Origin: Candidatus Binatia bacterium
GTDB lineage: Bacteria > Desulfobacterota > Binatia > Bin18
Length of the DNA: 64,000 bases
Assembly: GCA_963666315.2 (NCBI GenBank)
Contig: CAXXHG010000036.1
Span: forward strand, 64,001-128,000
Reading direction: 5' to 3'
Shown: piece by piece, positions 50,355 to 59,883 of the stretch
Numbering within the stretch: position 1 is the first letter of the stretch
Layout of the letters: every line of letters begins with the position of its first letter
Made by a program: the position numbers and the translations under genes
The notes under the pieces: generated by a model
Database searches by the model: none
What the model saw: only the letters and a program-made list of their open reading frames with translations
What the model was told of the DNA's origin: nothing

Positions 50355-51185
50355 CTAACCGAGCGAGGCGAGCTTGTCTTTCTTCCGTTTGGACCGGGCT
50401 GGGTGTGGAGATTTCTTTTGCGCCAAATTGACATCCGCAGCTGTTTTGCTCAGATATGCGTCACCGGCAAGCGCGTGATCTGAGGAAGCCAGGCAGACCT
50501 GTTGCCCCTCCAGATACGCACACAAGAAATCCGGATAGGGCAGATCATAACACTGCACGAGTAATTTCTTGGATTCGCGAAACGCCGCCGGCGCAGTATG
50601 AATAAACATATCAGCGGTAGCGGTCAGCGCCGTATCCAAGCTTTTCGGTTTAACAACCTGGTCCACCAAACCCCATTCCAGCGCCTGCTTGGCCCGGATC
50701 TGTGAAGCGGCTAAGGCGAGCAGCCGCCCGCGTCCCAGGCCCACAGCGCGCGGCAGGCGGAAGGTGCCGAGGCCAGGAATAATGCTATGCCGGACAGCCG
50801 TAAGGCTGAAAAAGGCGTTGTCAGCGGCGATGCGCATATCGCACGTCCGGCTAAATTGCAGACCGCCGCCTATGCACGTTCCATGGATGCCGCAAATCAG
50901 CGCTTTGTCATACATGGTCTCAAAAAGGCGCAGCGTCGCTTCCCATTCCCGAAACCAAGACAGTTGAATCTCATCTTGCGCAACCGCCTTGAGATCGATA
51001 CCGGAACAAAACCCCTGCCCGGCTCCAGTCACAATGACGGCGCGAATGTCCTTGGCCTTGGCGAGCGCTTTGCCAACAGCGTGCAGTTCTTTGACAAAGC
51101 CCGCGTCTGTGTCGTTCACGACTTCAGGCCGGTTGAAAATCACCCGTGCAATGGGAGGATCTTTTTTAAGAATAATCCGTTCCAT
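50355..51185 (-). CDS. Atypical enoyl-CoA hydratase/isomerase family protein
   Basis: FCSGIDL and GGGLQ; first gene of the box operon. Confidence 0.85.
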   Translation of the reverse strand: MERIILKKDPPIARVIFNRPEVVNDTDAGFVKELHAVGKALAKAKDIRAVIVTGAGQGFCSGIDLKAVAQDEIQLSWFREWEATLRLFETMYDKALICGIHGTCIGGGLQFSRTCDMRIAADNAFFSLTAVRHSIIPGLGTFRLPRAVGLGRGRLLALAASQIRAKQALEWGLVDQVVKPKSLDTALTATADMFIHTAPAAFRESKKLLVQCYDLPYPDFLCAYLEGQQVCLASSDHALAGDAYLSKTAADVNLAQKKSPHPARSKRKKDKLASLG

Positions 51186-51238
51186 AGTCTGTATCGTGCT
51201 GTATCCTGAACGATCTTTATATTTCTATTTTTAAGCGC

Positions 51239-51267
51239 TATATATATTTGCTGTTATACAAAGTCAA
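51239..51267 (-). promoter_or_regulatory. Candidate sigma70 promoter of the box operon
   Basis: TTGACT-N17-TATATA in the AT-rich divergent spacer. Confidence 0.5.
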
Positions 51268-51303
51268 GCAAAATTTTCGGCTTTGACATAAGATTCATAC
51301 GCT

Positions 51304-52194
51304 ATGCGTCCGCGTTCATTACTCTTTACGCTGTTTGGTGATTTCGTACGTTATTATGGTGGAGAAATTTGGGTCGGCAGTCTCATCCGATCGATGCAAG
51401 AATTTGATATCTCGTCTCAGGCCGTCCGGGTTGCGCTCTCGCGCATGGTTGCGGATGGCTGGCTACAGAATCGCAAGGTCGGCAAGAAGGGCTACTATGG
51501 ACTGACAGCCCAAGGCGCACGTCGGCTGGCCGAAGGCGCACGTCGGATCTATAAACTCGAAAACCCCGCCTGGAATGGAGAGTGGTTGCTGGTCACCTAT
51601 ACGATTCCGGAAAAGCGAAAAGCTCAGCGTGAGACCTTCCGGCGTGAGCTGGCCTGGACCGGCTTCGGCCAGTTAGCCAGCAGCGTCTGGATCAGTCCGC
51701 GTGACTTACGCCCCCAGCTACTCGATCTCAGCCAGAGATATGACCTTGGGCAGCATATCGACTTCTTCACTGCGCATTACCACGGGCCGGACGAGAGCCG
51801 CGGACTGGTTGAAAAATGTTGGGACTTGGCTGCTATCCAACACGGCTATAGCGAATTTATCAGTGTCTATCGGCGCAAGCTGGCCCAGCAGCAACGCATG
51901 CCGGATGCAGTCTGTTTTCGCGAGGAAATCCAACTCATCCATGCCTATAGAAAATTTCTCTTCAGCGATCCCAGCCTGCCGGACGAACTCTTACCCAAGC
52001 GCTGGCTCGGCCACGCTGCCGCCCATTTAATGCGAGAGTATTATCGCCACATCTCGCCGGCTGCCCATCGTTTTTTCGAACGAATTTTTGTTGGACATCC
52101 AGAGACCAGCACTCCTCCCTCCCGTCATCCCGGCCGGCCGCGCCTCGACCCGTTCGCCGAAGAGCTACGTCGTCAGCAGATTATGGGAACATAA
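51304..52194 (+). CDS. paaX: PaaX-family transcriptional repressor
   Basis: PRSLLFTLFGD, VRVALSRM, W.G.W.LV, L.W.GFG and YRKFLF.DP.LP.ELLP..W.G motifs. Confidence 0.9.
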   Translation: MRPRSLLFTLFGDFVRYYGGEIWVGSLIRSMQEFDISSQAVRVALSRMVADGWLQNRKVGKKGYYGLTAQGARRLAEGARRIYKLENPAWNGEWLLVTYTIPEKRKAQRETFRRELAWTGFGQLASSVWISPRDLRPQLLDLSQRYDLGQHIDFFTAHYHGPDESRGLVEKCWDLAAIQHGYSEFISVYRRKLAQQQRMPDAVCFREEIQLIHAYRKFLFSDPSLPDELLPKRWLGHAAAHLMREYYRHISPAAHRFFERIFVGHPETSTPPSRHPGRPRLDPFAEELRRQQIMGT

Positions 52195-52199
52195 TATTC

Positions 52200-52370
52200 C
52201 TCAATCAGACCTCATGAGATTCGTACACAACCATGACAATCAGTGCTTGCACGAGGAGGCATTCCTCTGCCCGCCGCCGCCCGGCGATAAAGTCGCCAGG
52301 CGATAAGAGAGCGCCCCATCTAATGGGGCTAGCCGGCTTGAGCCGGCGTCGTTGTGTAGCCCGGAACTTC
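52200..52370 (+). repeat. Truncated copy of the 59622-59873 element
   Basis: About 170 bp colinear with 59625-59795. Confidence 0.85.
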
Positions 52371-52454
52371 CGCTGCAGTGTACGAGCCATTTTTTTTTGT
52401 GGTAGAGTCTTTGCATCAATTCCAAACTGACTTGAACTGAGGCAGCTGACTATT

Positions 52455-52935
52455 ATGCATTCCACCGCAGGGCCAAGCGCTGAAGAATTACGTACGGCTT
52501 TGCATGAAGCCGTAGACTGGGTGGCGTCCTATCTGCAACACGTCGGCGATAAGCCCGTCCTGGCTCAAGTGTCTCCCGGTGTAATTGCGGCAAGACTCCC
52601 TCAGGCTCCGCCCGAGCAGGGTGAATCGCTTGAGGACATTCTGCAAGATCTCGACCGTCTCATCCTGCCCGGTATCACCCACTGAAATCATCCCGCCTTT
52701 TTCGCCTATTTCGGGATTAGCGGCTCAGGCCCCGGTATTGTGGGAGAACTGATCTGTGCCGCACTGAACGTGAACGCCATGTTGTGGCGCACCTCGCCCT
52801 CAGCCACCGAGCTTGAGCAGCGCACGCTGCAGTGGGTGACAAACATGCTAGGTCTGCCACGCGACTGGTTTGGCGAAATAACGGATACCGCATCGGCCTC
52901 AACCTTATACGCGCTTGCGGCGGCACGCGAGGCAG
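52455..52935 (+). pseudogene. Group II PLP aromatic amino-acid decarboxylase, 5' fragment
   Basis: ILPGITH*NHPAFFAYF (TGA at the conserved Trp, 52683); WRTSPSATELE; truncated after LAAARE. Confidence 0.88.
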
Positions 52936-52936
52936 A

Positions 52937-53472
52937 TTGAACATCCCGCCACCCATTTCCACGGCCGCGTTTTGAATGAATGTGGAGCCGATGATAATGG
53001 GATTCCCTTCTGTGTTGTACATGCCGCCGCCCCGGTCGGCAGCGGTGTTTCCGGTGAAAATGCAATCGATCACCGTCGGGCTAGTCCCACTGTTGAACAT
53101 CCCACCGCCCTCATTGGCGTTGCCTCCGGTGATCGTGAATCCTTGGAGAACGGTGTCAGCCCCCTCGCCAGTAACACATTGGACAACAGAGCCGCTCAAT
53201 CCTGACCCATCGATGGTCGTGACCTGTGGTCCGTCGGCGCTGCGCAGCGTGATCCCCTTGCCTTTGAAGTCGATCGTCTCCACATACGTACCCGCTGCGA
53301 CCACGATCACGTCCCCTGGCAGTGCCGCGTCAATCGCGGCTTGGATCGTGGTGTGATTCATCGGAACGTTGGTGGTTACGCCTTGGGCAAATGACTGGCT
53401 CAGGAGACAATAACACACCCAGGTACGGACAAACGAAGAAGGTCCTGAACGGCAGAAACTGCCAGGCCCCAC
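52937..53472 (-). pseudogene. Right-handed beta-helix (pectin-lyase-like) exported protein, 5' fragment
   Basis: TIQAAID..GD.I.VAAGTY.E.IDF.GK and GGGM..N repeats; ends at the junction with the decarboxylase fragment. Confidence 0.8.
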
Positions 53473-53720
53473 TCACCAAGGCCACTCATTGCATAGAGAG
53501 AAGAGAACTGTCAACCCTGAGCGTGGGGTCCGAGCACAGGGTCCACCCAACGGTTCTGGTGCAAACAGTTCTAGGCCATGCGAGTGCAGGCGTATGGCCT
53601 CGTTCTGCCAGAACTCTGCCCTCTAACGAACGTGAGGGATACGGCCCCACAGCGATACAACAGGAAAGCGGCGTGGCGTTCAGCCGGCGCCTAAGACGGC
53701 CGTTGTAGCCCGTTTGTTTG

Positions 53721-54962
53721 CTAGGGCGCTTTTTCGGGCTCGGACTCTTTTTCCGGCTCGGGCCGTTTCTTCAGCCGCACGCTGACGCTGGCCGGGTCCA
53801 TGCCCGCCACCTGCAGGCCCAACGGAACATTCACGTCTTGGGCAGTCAACGGATAGCGGCTTCTGCCGGCGCTGGCGCTCGACAAATCCACCTGTGCGCG
53901 CAGTCGGCGGGGGTCGAGCAGCGTAAGTAATTCTCCCGAGCCGCGGAGTCTAAGGTAGACCTCCTGGGTGTTCTTACCCGTCATATCGAGGTTACCTGGG
54001 ATATTGTAATAGACCACGGGAATGGTGAAACCGATTTCGGTGTTCTGCGGGCCGACCAGGACGAGCCATAAGACACACACTGTTGCCAGGGCACCCGCCT
54101 TGGCCCGCACATTGGAAAAGATTGCGCCGCGCCACCAACTTTGGACATCGCCTCCCCCTTCTGCCCCCGACAGCCGCGAATTCAGCCAGTCGAGCAGCTC
54201 TGACGAGCCGGGCAGGGTCACCATGCCACCATGGTCTACCACAGACACGGCTCCTCGCTCCTCTGAAATGACGACAGCTAGGGCGTCTGAGCGTTCGGTA
54301 ATACCCAGCGCCGCTCTATGCCGGGTGCCGTAGATATACGGCAAGGAGCGGGTTTCTGACAGCGGTAAGATACATCCGGCGCGACACACCCGTCCATTCC
54401 GAATATAGACGGCACCGTCATGCAAAGGGCTGGCCGGCGTAAAGAGATTTTCGAGCAGCAACGCACTCACCTGGGCATCAACCAGGACACCGCGGCTGCG
54501 CAATAAGGACTCAAGGGGATCGCTACGCTCTAGGACGAGCAATCCGCCGCACTGCTTTTTTGCCAAGGCAAAACACGTATCCGCGATAGTGACCAGGAAA
54601 TCGGCAACTTTTGGAGCCGAAGAGTTCCGACGAAAAATATTCAGGGCGGGCAGGCGGGGATTGACGTGTTCAAGAATCTGGCGAATCTCGGCCTGAAACA
54701 CGACCACAACAAGGATAAAGGCAGCCGCCCATATACCGCCCAGCACCCACGTGGTCAAAAACAAACCAGCCAGATTGGCCAGGAAATAAAACATGCCCAG
54801 GACGGCCAGACCGGCACCTATCCGGGCTGCCCGAGTACCACGAAAGCGAATATAGGCCTGATATACGATAAACGCCATAAAGGCGATATCAAGCCCGTCT
54901 CGCCAACGGAAGTCCCACCTGAGCCACCAATCCGACGCAAGAAAATCAAAAAATGCGGTCAT
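53721..54962 (-). CDS. cdaA: Diadenylate cyclase CdaA fused to a YbbR (CdaR-like) domain
   Basis: Three TM helices, FQAEIR, PLHDGA and GTRHRAALG motifs; a further TM and a YbbR-like C-terminus. Confidence 0.9.
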   Translation of the reverse strand: MTAFFDFLASDWWLRWDFRWRDGLDIAFMAFIVYQAYIRFRGTRAARIGAGLAVLGMFYFLANLAGLFLTTWVLGGIWAAAFILVVVVFQAEIRQILEHVNPRLPALNIFRRNSSAPKVADFLVTIADTCFALAKKQCGGLLVLERSDPLESLLRSRGVLVDAQVSALLLENLFTPASPLHDGAVYIRNGRVCRAGCILPLSETRSLPYIYGTRHRAALGITERSDALAVVISEERGAVSVVDHGGMVTLPGSSELLDWLNSRLSGAEGGGDVQSWWRGAIFSNVRAKAGALATVCVLWLVLVGPQNTEIGFTIPVVYYNIPGNLDMTGKNTQEVYLRLRGSGELLTLLDPRRLRAQVDLSSASAGRSRYPLTAQDVNVPLGLQVAGMDPASVSVRLKKRPEPEKESEPEKAP

Positions 54963-55099
54963 AAGCAGGCATCTTTATGGAGCAGTTTTGACCAAATGAC
55001 TGCAACTGATTGTATGGCCAATAAGGCGGAAAAGCAAGAAAAGTCAGACAGATACGGACATTCCGGGGAAAATCCGCTTGCTGGTCGTCTCGCTGCCAT

Positions 55100-55470
55100 C
55101 TAGCCCATATAGTTTTCATAAAAAATATAGTTGGTCGAATAATCACTAAACTCGAAATAGACTTTCTTCTCTCCCGCATCGACCTTGAAGTTCAGGTTCC
55201 TGTCCACATAGCCGTAGCCAAATCGATACGGTCGGGTCTGGCCGCCGTCCGCGGTTGCCGTTGCGGTACTGATCTTATCGATCTGAATAAACCGCAGCAC
55301 CAGTTTTTCGCCCGCGTAAATATCCAGCAACGCCATCCGTGCCGGTCCAGTTTTGGCTAAGACCGACTTATCCGATTCTGGGCCTCCCGGGTACAGCTGG
55401 AGAGCTCTATTCCCGCCCCACACACCACCACTACCACCAGCGCGATTCTGATCATTGAATGTTGACCCAT
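55100..55470 (-). pseudogene. Hypothetical lipoprotein with two frameshifts
   Basis: GGAGAGG-ATG and LSSC lipobox; CTREAQNRISRS / QNWTGTDGV / LDIYAGEKLV read in successive frames. Confidence 0.6.
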
Positions 55471-55710
55471 AGTCCTCTCCTTGCCGCGTATTTTCTGCAT
55501 ACGACAGGCTAGCACCCCCTGCGCCTGAAGCAAAAGTGAACCACTTTGTGTCATAATAGGAACACAGTGACCTGTCTGGCCTGCGTGATATAGACCCCGT
55601 ACTGAGCAGCCTGAAGAACTGATACGAGTACATACAGGACTCGCTGGAAAGTTTTATGTCTCCAAAAGCACTCTATTTGAAGTCCAATTGAAGCCCAAAG
55701 CCTCATCCCT

Positions 55711-56826
55711 ATGAATATTCCACTGCTAGATCTCAAAGCGCAGTATGCAACAATCCGGGACGATATTCGGGCCGCCATCGACCGCGTTCTAGAATCACAG
55801 CAGTTTATTTTAGGACCGGAAGTCGAGGCACTCGAACAAGAGATTGCCGCCTATAGCCACTGCCGATATGCTATTGGTCTCTCATCCGGCACGGATGCCC
55901 TCCTTGCTGCGCTTATGGCGATCGATATCCGGCCGGGTGATGAAGTCATCACGTCGCCGTATACCTTTTTTGCGTCAGTCGGCAGCATCGTGCGCGTCGG
56001 GGCACGGCCCGTATTCATCGACATTGACCCGCAAACCTATACTCTTGATCCGGCCCAGATCGCCGCAGCCGTGACCAAGCGGACGCGCGCCATCATCCCG
56101 GTCCATCTGTTTGGCCAGATGGCGGATATGGATCCGATTCTTGAGATTGCCACGAGCCGAAATCTGTTCATCATTGAAGATGCCGCCCAGGCGTTAGGGG
56201 CCGAGTACAAAGGCCGGCGAGCCGGCTCGCTGGGCCATTGCGGTTGCTTTAGCTTTTTTCCTTCTAAGAATTTGGGCGGATACGGCGATGGAGGCATGCT
56301 CACCACCAACGATGCGGATCTGGCGACGCGGGTCAGGCTCCTCCGGAATCATGGGGCTGGGTCTCAATATCAGCATAAAATTGTGGGTGGGAATTTCCGT
56401 CTAGATGCCATTCAGGCGGCCGTCCTGCGGGCCAAACTCAAATATTTGGATGTCTGGACGACGGCCCGCCAACGCAATGCCGATCACTACCGACGGCTTT
56501 TCTCTTCCACTCCCAAGCATGCTATCGTTGTTCCAGTCGAAGCCGAGCACAGGCGGCACATCTATAATCAATTCGTCATCCACAGCCCACACCGAGATGC
56601 GCTGATGAGCGCTCTCCAGCGACAGGATATAGGCGTTGCAATTTATTATCCGACTCCCATGCACCGGCAACCGTGCTTCGCAGCGCTGGGATATAGACCA
56701 GGAGACTTCCCCCACACCGAACACGCGGCCGCGCACACCTTGGCACTGCCTATCTATCCTGAACTGACCCAGGCGATGCAACACGAGGTCGTACAGGCCG
56801 TCATCGATTTCCGTCAGGGAAAATAG
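55711..56826 (+). CDS. DegT/DnrJ/EryC1/StrS sugar aminotransferase
   Basis: SGTDAL, PVHLFGQ, IEDAAQA and SFFPSKNLG.YGDGG motifs. Confidence 0.95.
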   Translation: MNIPLLDLKAQYATIRDDIRAAIDRVLESQQFILGPEVEALEQEIAAYSHCRYAIGLSSGTDALLAALMAIDIRPGDEVITSPYTFFASVGSIVRVGARPVFIDIDPQTYTLDPAQIAAAVTKRTRAIIPVHLFGQMADMDPILEIATSRNLFIIEDAAQALGAEYKGRRAGSLGHCGCFSFFPSKNLGGYGDGGMLTTNDADLATRVRLLRNHGAGSQYQHKIVGGNFRLDAIQAAVLRAKLKYLDVWTTARQRNADHYRRLFSSTPKHAIVVPVEAEHRRHIYNQFVIHSPHRDALMSALQRQDIGVAIYYPTPMHRQPCFAALGYRPGDFPHTEHAAAHTLALPIYPELTQAMQHEVVQAVIDFRQGK

Positions 56827-56840
56827 AAGAGCATACTAAC

Positions 56841-58262
56841 ATGCCAATACACGCTGTCATTCTCGCCGGCGGCGGAGGGAGGCGGTTGTGGCCGCTGAGC
56901 CGGACCCTCTACCCGAAACAGTTCCTGGCCTTGCTGGGGGAACACTCGCTGCTGCAACGCACAGTCTTACGCATACACGATATGATACCAGCGGAGCGCC
57001 TGTGGATCGTGACCGCGCAAGAGCAGTCATTTTATGTCCAGTCGCAGCTGGGCGATATCGGCCATTCAGGCCGGATCATCGCCGAACCCCAGGGCCGGAA
57101 TACGGCTGCCGCCGTTGGGCTGGCGGCCTGTCACATTCAGCAGCGCGATCCTGAGGCAGTCACGGTCGTACTTCCGGCAGACCACTGGATCAAGAAGCCG
57201 CAGGAATTTCTGAGCCTCATCCAAGACGCGATTGCGCTCGCCGAACGCGGCGCTTTAGTGACGCTGGGCATTATTCCGGATCAAGCCGAGACCGGCTACG
57301 GCTATATCTGCCGCGGAGAGCCACTGACCAACGCGCCATCCGAGCAGTCCGTCTATGCAGTCAGCCGATTCGTCGAAAAGCCGAATATTTCCGATGCGCG
57401 CCGCTATGTAGACAGTGGGGAATATTACTGGAACGCGGGTATTTTTGTGTGGCGCACAAGTGTGATTATGGACGAAATTGCAGCCCACCTGCCTGCCCTG
57501 TCTCAGGGGCTCGAAGAAATCGCGCCCGCCCTACACAGGGCGGACGAGAAAGATACGCTCAAGCGCGTGTACGCACAGCTCGCTTCAGTTTCGATCGATC
57601 ATGGTGTGTTGGAAAAATCCAGCCGTTTGGTAGTCATGCCCGCCGCCATCGGCTGGTCGGATCTGGGCAAGTGGTCGACGATCCATCAGTTTTCAGATCA
57701 GGATGAACGCGGCAATGTCTTGAGTCCGAGCGTGCTCGATATCGAAAGTGAGAATTCTCTGGTGTACAGCAGCGGGCGAACGATCGCCACGATCGGGCTG
57801 AAAAACATGATTGTCGTGGATACGCCCGATGCACTCCTCGTCTGCGCGCAAGAGCGGACCTCGGAGGTCGGCTCTCTTGTGCAACAACTGCTTGCGCGTG
57901 GAGATCAGACTGTCCACACACCCAATATGGTCCGGCGTCCATGGGGCAGCTATACGGTCTTGGAGGAAGGTCCTCAGTTTAAAGTGAAGCGCATTGTGGT
58001 CGAGCCGGGCGGTGGATTAAGCCTGCAACGTCACCGCCGGCGCAGTGAACACTGGGTCGTGATCTCCGGCGTGGCAACTATTATCCGGGGCGAAGAGGAG
58101 CTGACCCTCGGGGTTGATCAATCCACCTATATCCCGCAGGGCACCAAACACCGCCTCTCCAACCGGGGCACCCAGCCGCTTCAAATCATTGAAGTCCAAA
58201 CCGGCGCATACCTGGGTGAAGATGATATCGAGCGGCTGGAGGATGTGTATGGGCGCGTGTAA
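56841..58262 (+). CDS. manC: Mannose-1-phosphate guanylyltransferase / mannose-6-phosphate isomerase
   Basis: ILAGG.G.RLWPLSR..PKQF, FVEKP, WNAG, RPWG and SLQRH..RSEHW motifs. Confidence 0.95.
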   Translation: MPIHAVILAGGGGRRLWPLSRTLYPKQFLALLGEHSLLQRTVLRIHDMIPAERLWIVTAQEQSFYVQSQLGDIGHSGRIIAEPQGRNTAAAVGLAACHIQQRDPEAVTVVLPADHWIKKPQEFLSLIQDAIALAERGALVTLGIIPDQAETGYGYICRGEPLTNAPSEQSVYAVSRFVEKPNISDARRYVDSGEYYWNAGIFVWRTSVIMDEIAAHLPALSQGLEEIAPALHRADEKDTLKRVYAQLASVSIDHGVLEKSSRLVVMPAAIGWSDLGKWSTIHQFSDQDERGNVLSPSVLDIESENSLVYSSGRTIATIGLKNMIVVDTPDALLVCAQERTSEVGSLVQQLLARGDQTVHTPNMVRRPWGSYTVLEEGPQFKVKRIVVEPGGGLSLQRHRRRSEHWVVISGVATIIRGEEELTLGVDQSTYIPQGTKHRLSNRGTQPLQIIEVQTGAYLGEDDIERLEDVYGRV

Positions 58263-58550
58263 TTGATCTTCGGCGTTTAGTCCTTCAGGTCGAAGATGAG
58301 AAAAAGGTGTCTTACTTCGCGTGTCGGAATGTATCCGCCATGCAATAGAGCAATCCGCCGATGAAGATAACAAAGATGATAGCCACAAAAATCTCCATGT
58401 TACAAATCTCCCAAGCGTTCTATTGCCGCCTCGATTTTTCCGTTGAAGATCGCAATGGTACCGGTCAGGATGACTATAGCAAGACTGGCCAGAATAATCA
58501 GCAAATTCTTTGCTTGTCCATAATTGGAGGCCACCCAGCCGGTCAGTTCA

Positions 58551-58809
58551 GTAGGTCGGATTAGCGGAGCGTAATCCGACACCTCGTCTAGGCGCAGCCC
58601 CGGCAATAGCGACGAACCGTTGTCCTTGGGGGTGGCTACGGCTACACGGTAGTGACGACCCAAGGACGGAAGCTGGTCGCCAATGAGGGGAGTGGTAGAA
58701 TGCTGCGCGAGGCGTTGCGCCCAGTCACCGCGATACGACCGGTGTAGGGCGAGAGGAGTCGTCACGACGGGGGAGGATGTTGGGTTACGCTTACGCTAAC
58801 CCAACCTAC
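58551..58809. repeat. Inverted GTAG-REP doublet (REPIN-like)
   Basis: GTAGGTCGGATTAGCGGAGCGTAATCCGACA ... TGTTGGGTTACGCTTACGCTAACCCAACCTAC. Confidence 0.75.
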
Positions 58810-58865
58810 GGGAGACGGCCGGTGCCTTGCAGGCTGTTGCTGAAGTCCATCGAGCTTGCCCATCT

Positions 58866-58881
58866 GCTCTCACTATGAGAT
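58866..58881. promoter_or_regulatory. Candidate HigA operator
   Basis: TCTCA-CTA-TGAGA palindrome just before the higB GTG. Confidence 0.55.
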
Positions 58882-58891
58882 CATCTTAGCA

Positions 58892-59176
58892 GTGAGAGCC
58901 ATTAGTTACAAAACGATTCGAGAATTCGTCAGGACACATCCTCAAGCATCGACAAGTTTACAGAATTGGTACGACACGGTTCTCAAAGCCTCTTGGCGAT
59001 CCTTGGCTGATGTCCGGCAGATCTACCCGCATGCGGACCTTGTGGGACGACGCACCGTTTTTAACATCTCGGGCAACAACTTTCGGCTGATTTCTCGGAT
59101 CAACTATCAGTGGCAAATCGTCTACATTCTCGCCATCCTGACCCACGCAGAATATGACAAGGAGCAGTGGAAATGA
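58892..59176 (+). CDS. higB: HigB toxin
   Basis: IS.K.IREF, RTVFNI.GNNFRLI and LTHAEYDK motifs. Confidence 0.9.
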   Translation: MRAISYKTIREFVRTHPQASTSLQNWYDTVLKASWRSLADVRQIYPHADLVGRRTVFNISGNNFRLISRINYQWQIVYILAILTHAEYDKEQWK

Positions 59177-59583
59177 AGACAGCTTTGGCTTTTGATTCCA
59201 AAAAGTACGGGCGTCTACTCGTACAGACTTTACCCTCTACTATTAAAACAGACGAAGAACACGAACGACTCCTCAAGATTGTCGAGCAGCTCATAGAGCG
59301 AGAGGAGGAAGAGTTGTCCCCAGAAGAGGGCTCTTTACTCGATCTGCTGGCCACTTTGATTGAGCGCTATGAGACGGAACGATATCCGAGGCCCGCATCT
59401 CTTCCGCACGAGCTGCTGCAGCACCTGATGGAGGCCCGGGGTCTCCGCCAGCGCGATCTCCTAGTGATCTTTGGCTCCCGCGGGCTGACGTCCGAGGTGG
59501 TCAATGGCAAACGACAGATCAGTAAGGCCCAGACCAAGAAACTGGCTGCGTTTTTTCATGTGTCGGCAGATTTATTTCTGTAA
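59173..59583 (+). CDS. higA: HigA antitoxin
   Basis: ATGA overlap with higB; LL..LIE.YE and LQHLMEARGL.Q.DL...GS....SEVVNGKR HTH. Confidence 0.9.
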   Translation: MKTALAFDSKKYGRLLVQTLPSTIKTDEEHERLLKIVEQLIEREEEELSPEEGSLLDLLATLIERYETERYPRPASLPHELLQHLMEARGLRQRDLLVIFGSRGLTSEVVNGKRQISKAQTKKLAAFFHVSADLFL

Positions 59584-59621
59584 GTGCCCTGATTGAGGAG
59601 AGCGGTTAATCTCTGTCAATG

Positions 59622-59873
59622 TATCTCAATCAGACTTCATGAGCTCCGTGCACAATCATGACAATCGGTGCTTACTCCTGGGGGCGTTCCTATGCCCGCC
59701 TCCGCCCGGCGATAAAGTCGCCGATCTACAAGAAAGCGCCCGATCAATGGGGCTAGCCAGCTTGAGCCGGCGTCGTTGTGTAGCCCGGACACTTCACTTC
59801 ATGTCCGGGCGGGGGTGGGTGCATCGCAGAAGGTGCGATCCTGTCCCTATCTCTAGCGTTTCGATTGAGGATA
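59622..59873. mobile_element. MITE-like element with TA-starting TIRs and internal hairpins
   Basis: Ends TATCTCAATC and GATTGAGGATA; hairpins CGGCGATAAAGTCGCCG and GCCCGGACA..TGTCCGGGC. Confidence 0.6.
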
Positions 59874-59883
59874 AGGATGTCTG

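Noticed and set aside
52683-52685. In-frame TGA in the decarboxylase as selenocysteine or Trp recoding
   Set aside because: It replaces a conserved Trp (TGG>TGA), the gene is truncated anyway, and TGA ends many intact genes in this window
53654-53710. attC-like CTACAAC...GTTGTAT on the minus strand after cdaA
   Set aside because: Only about 54 bp and the inner L boxes are not complementary
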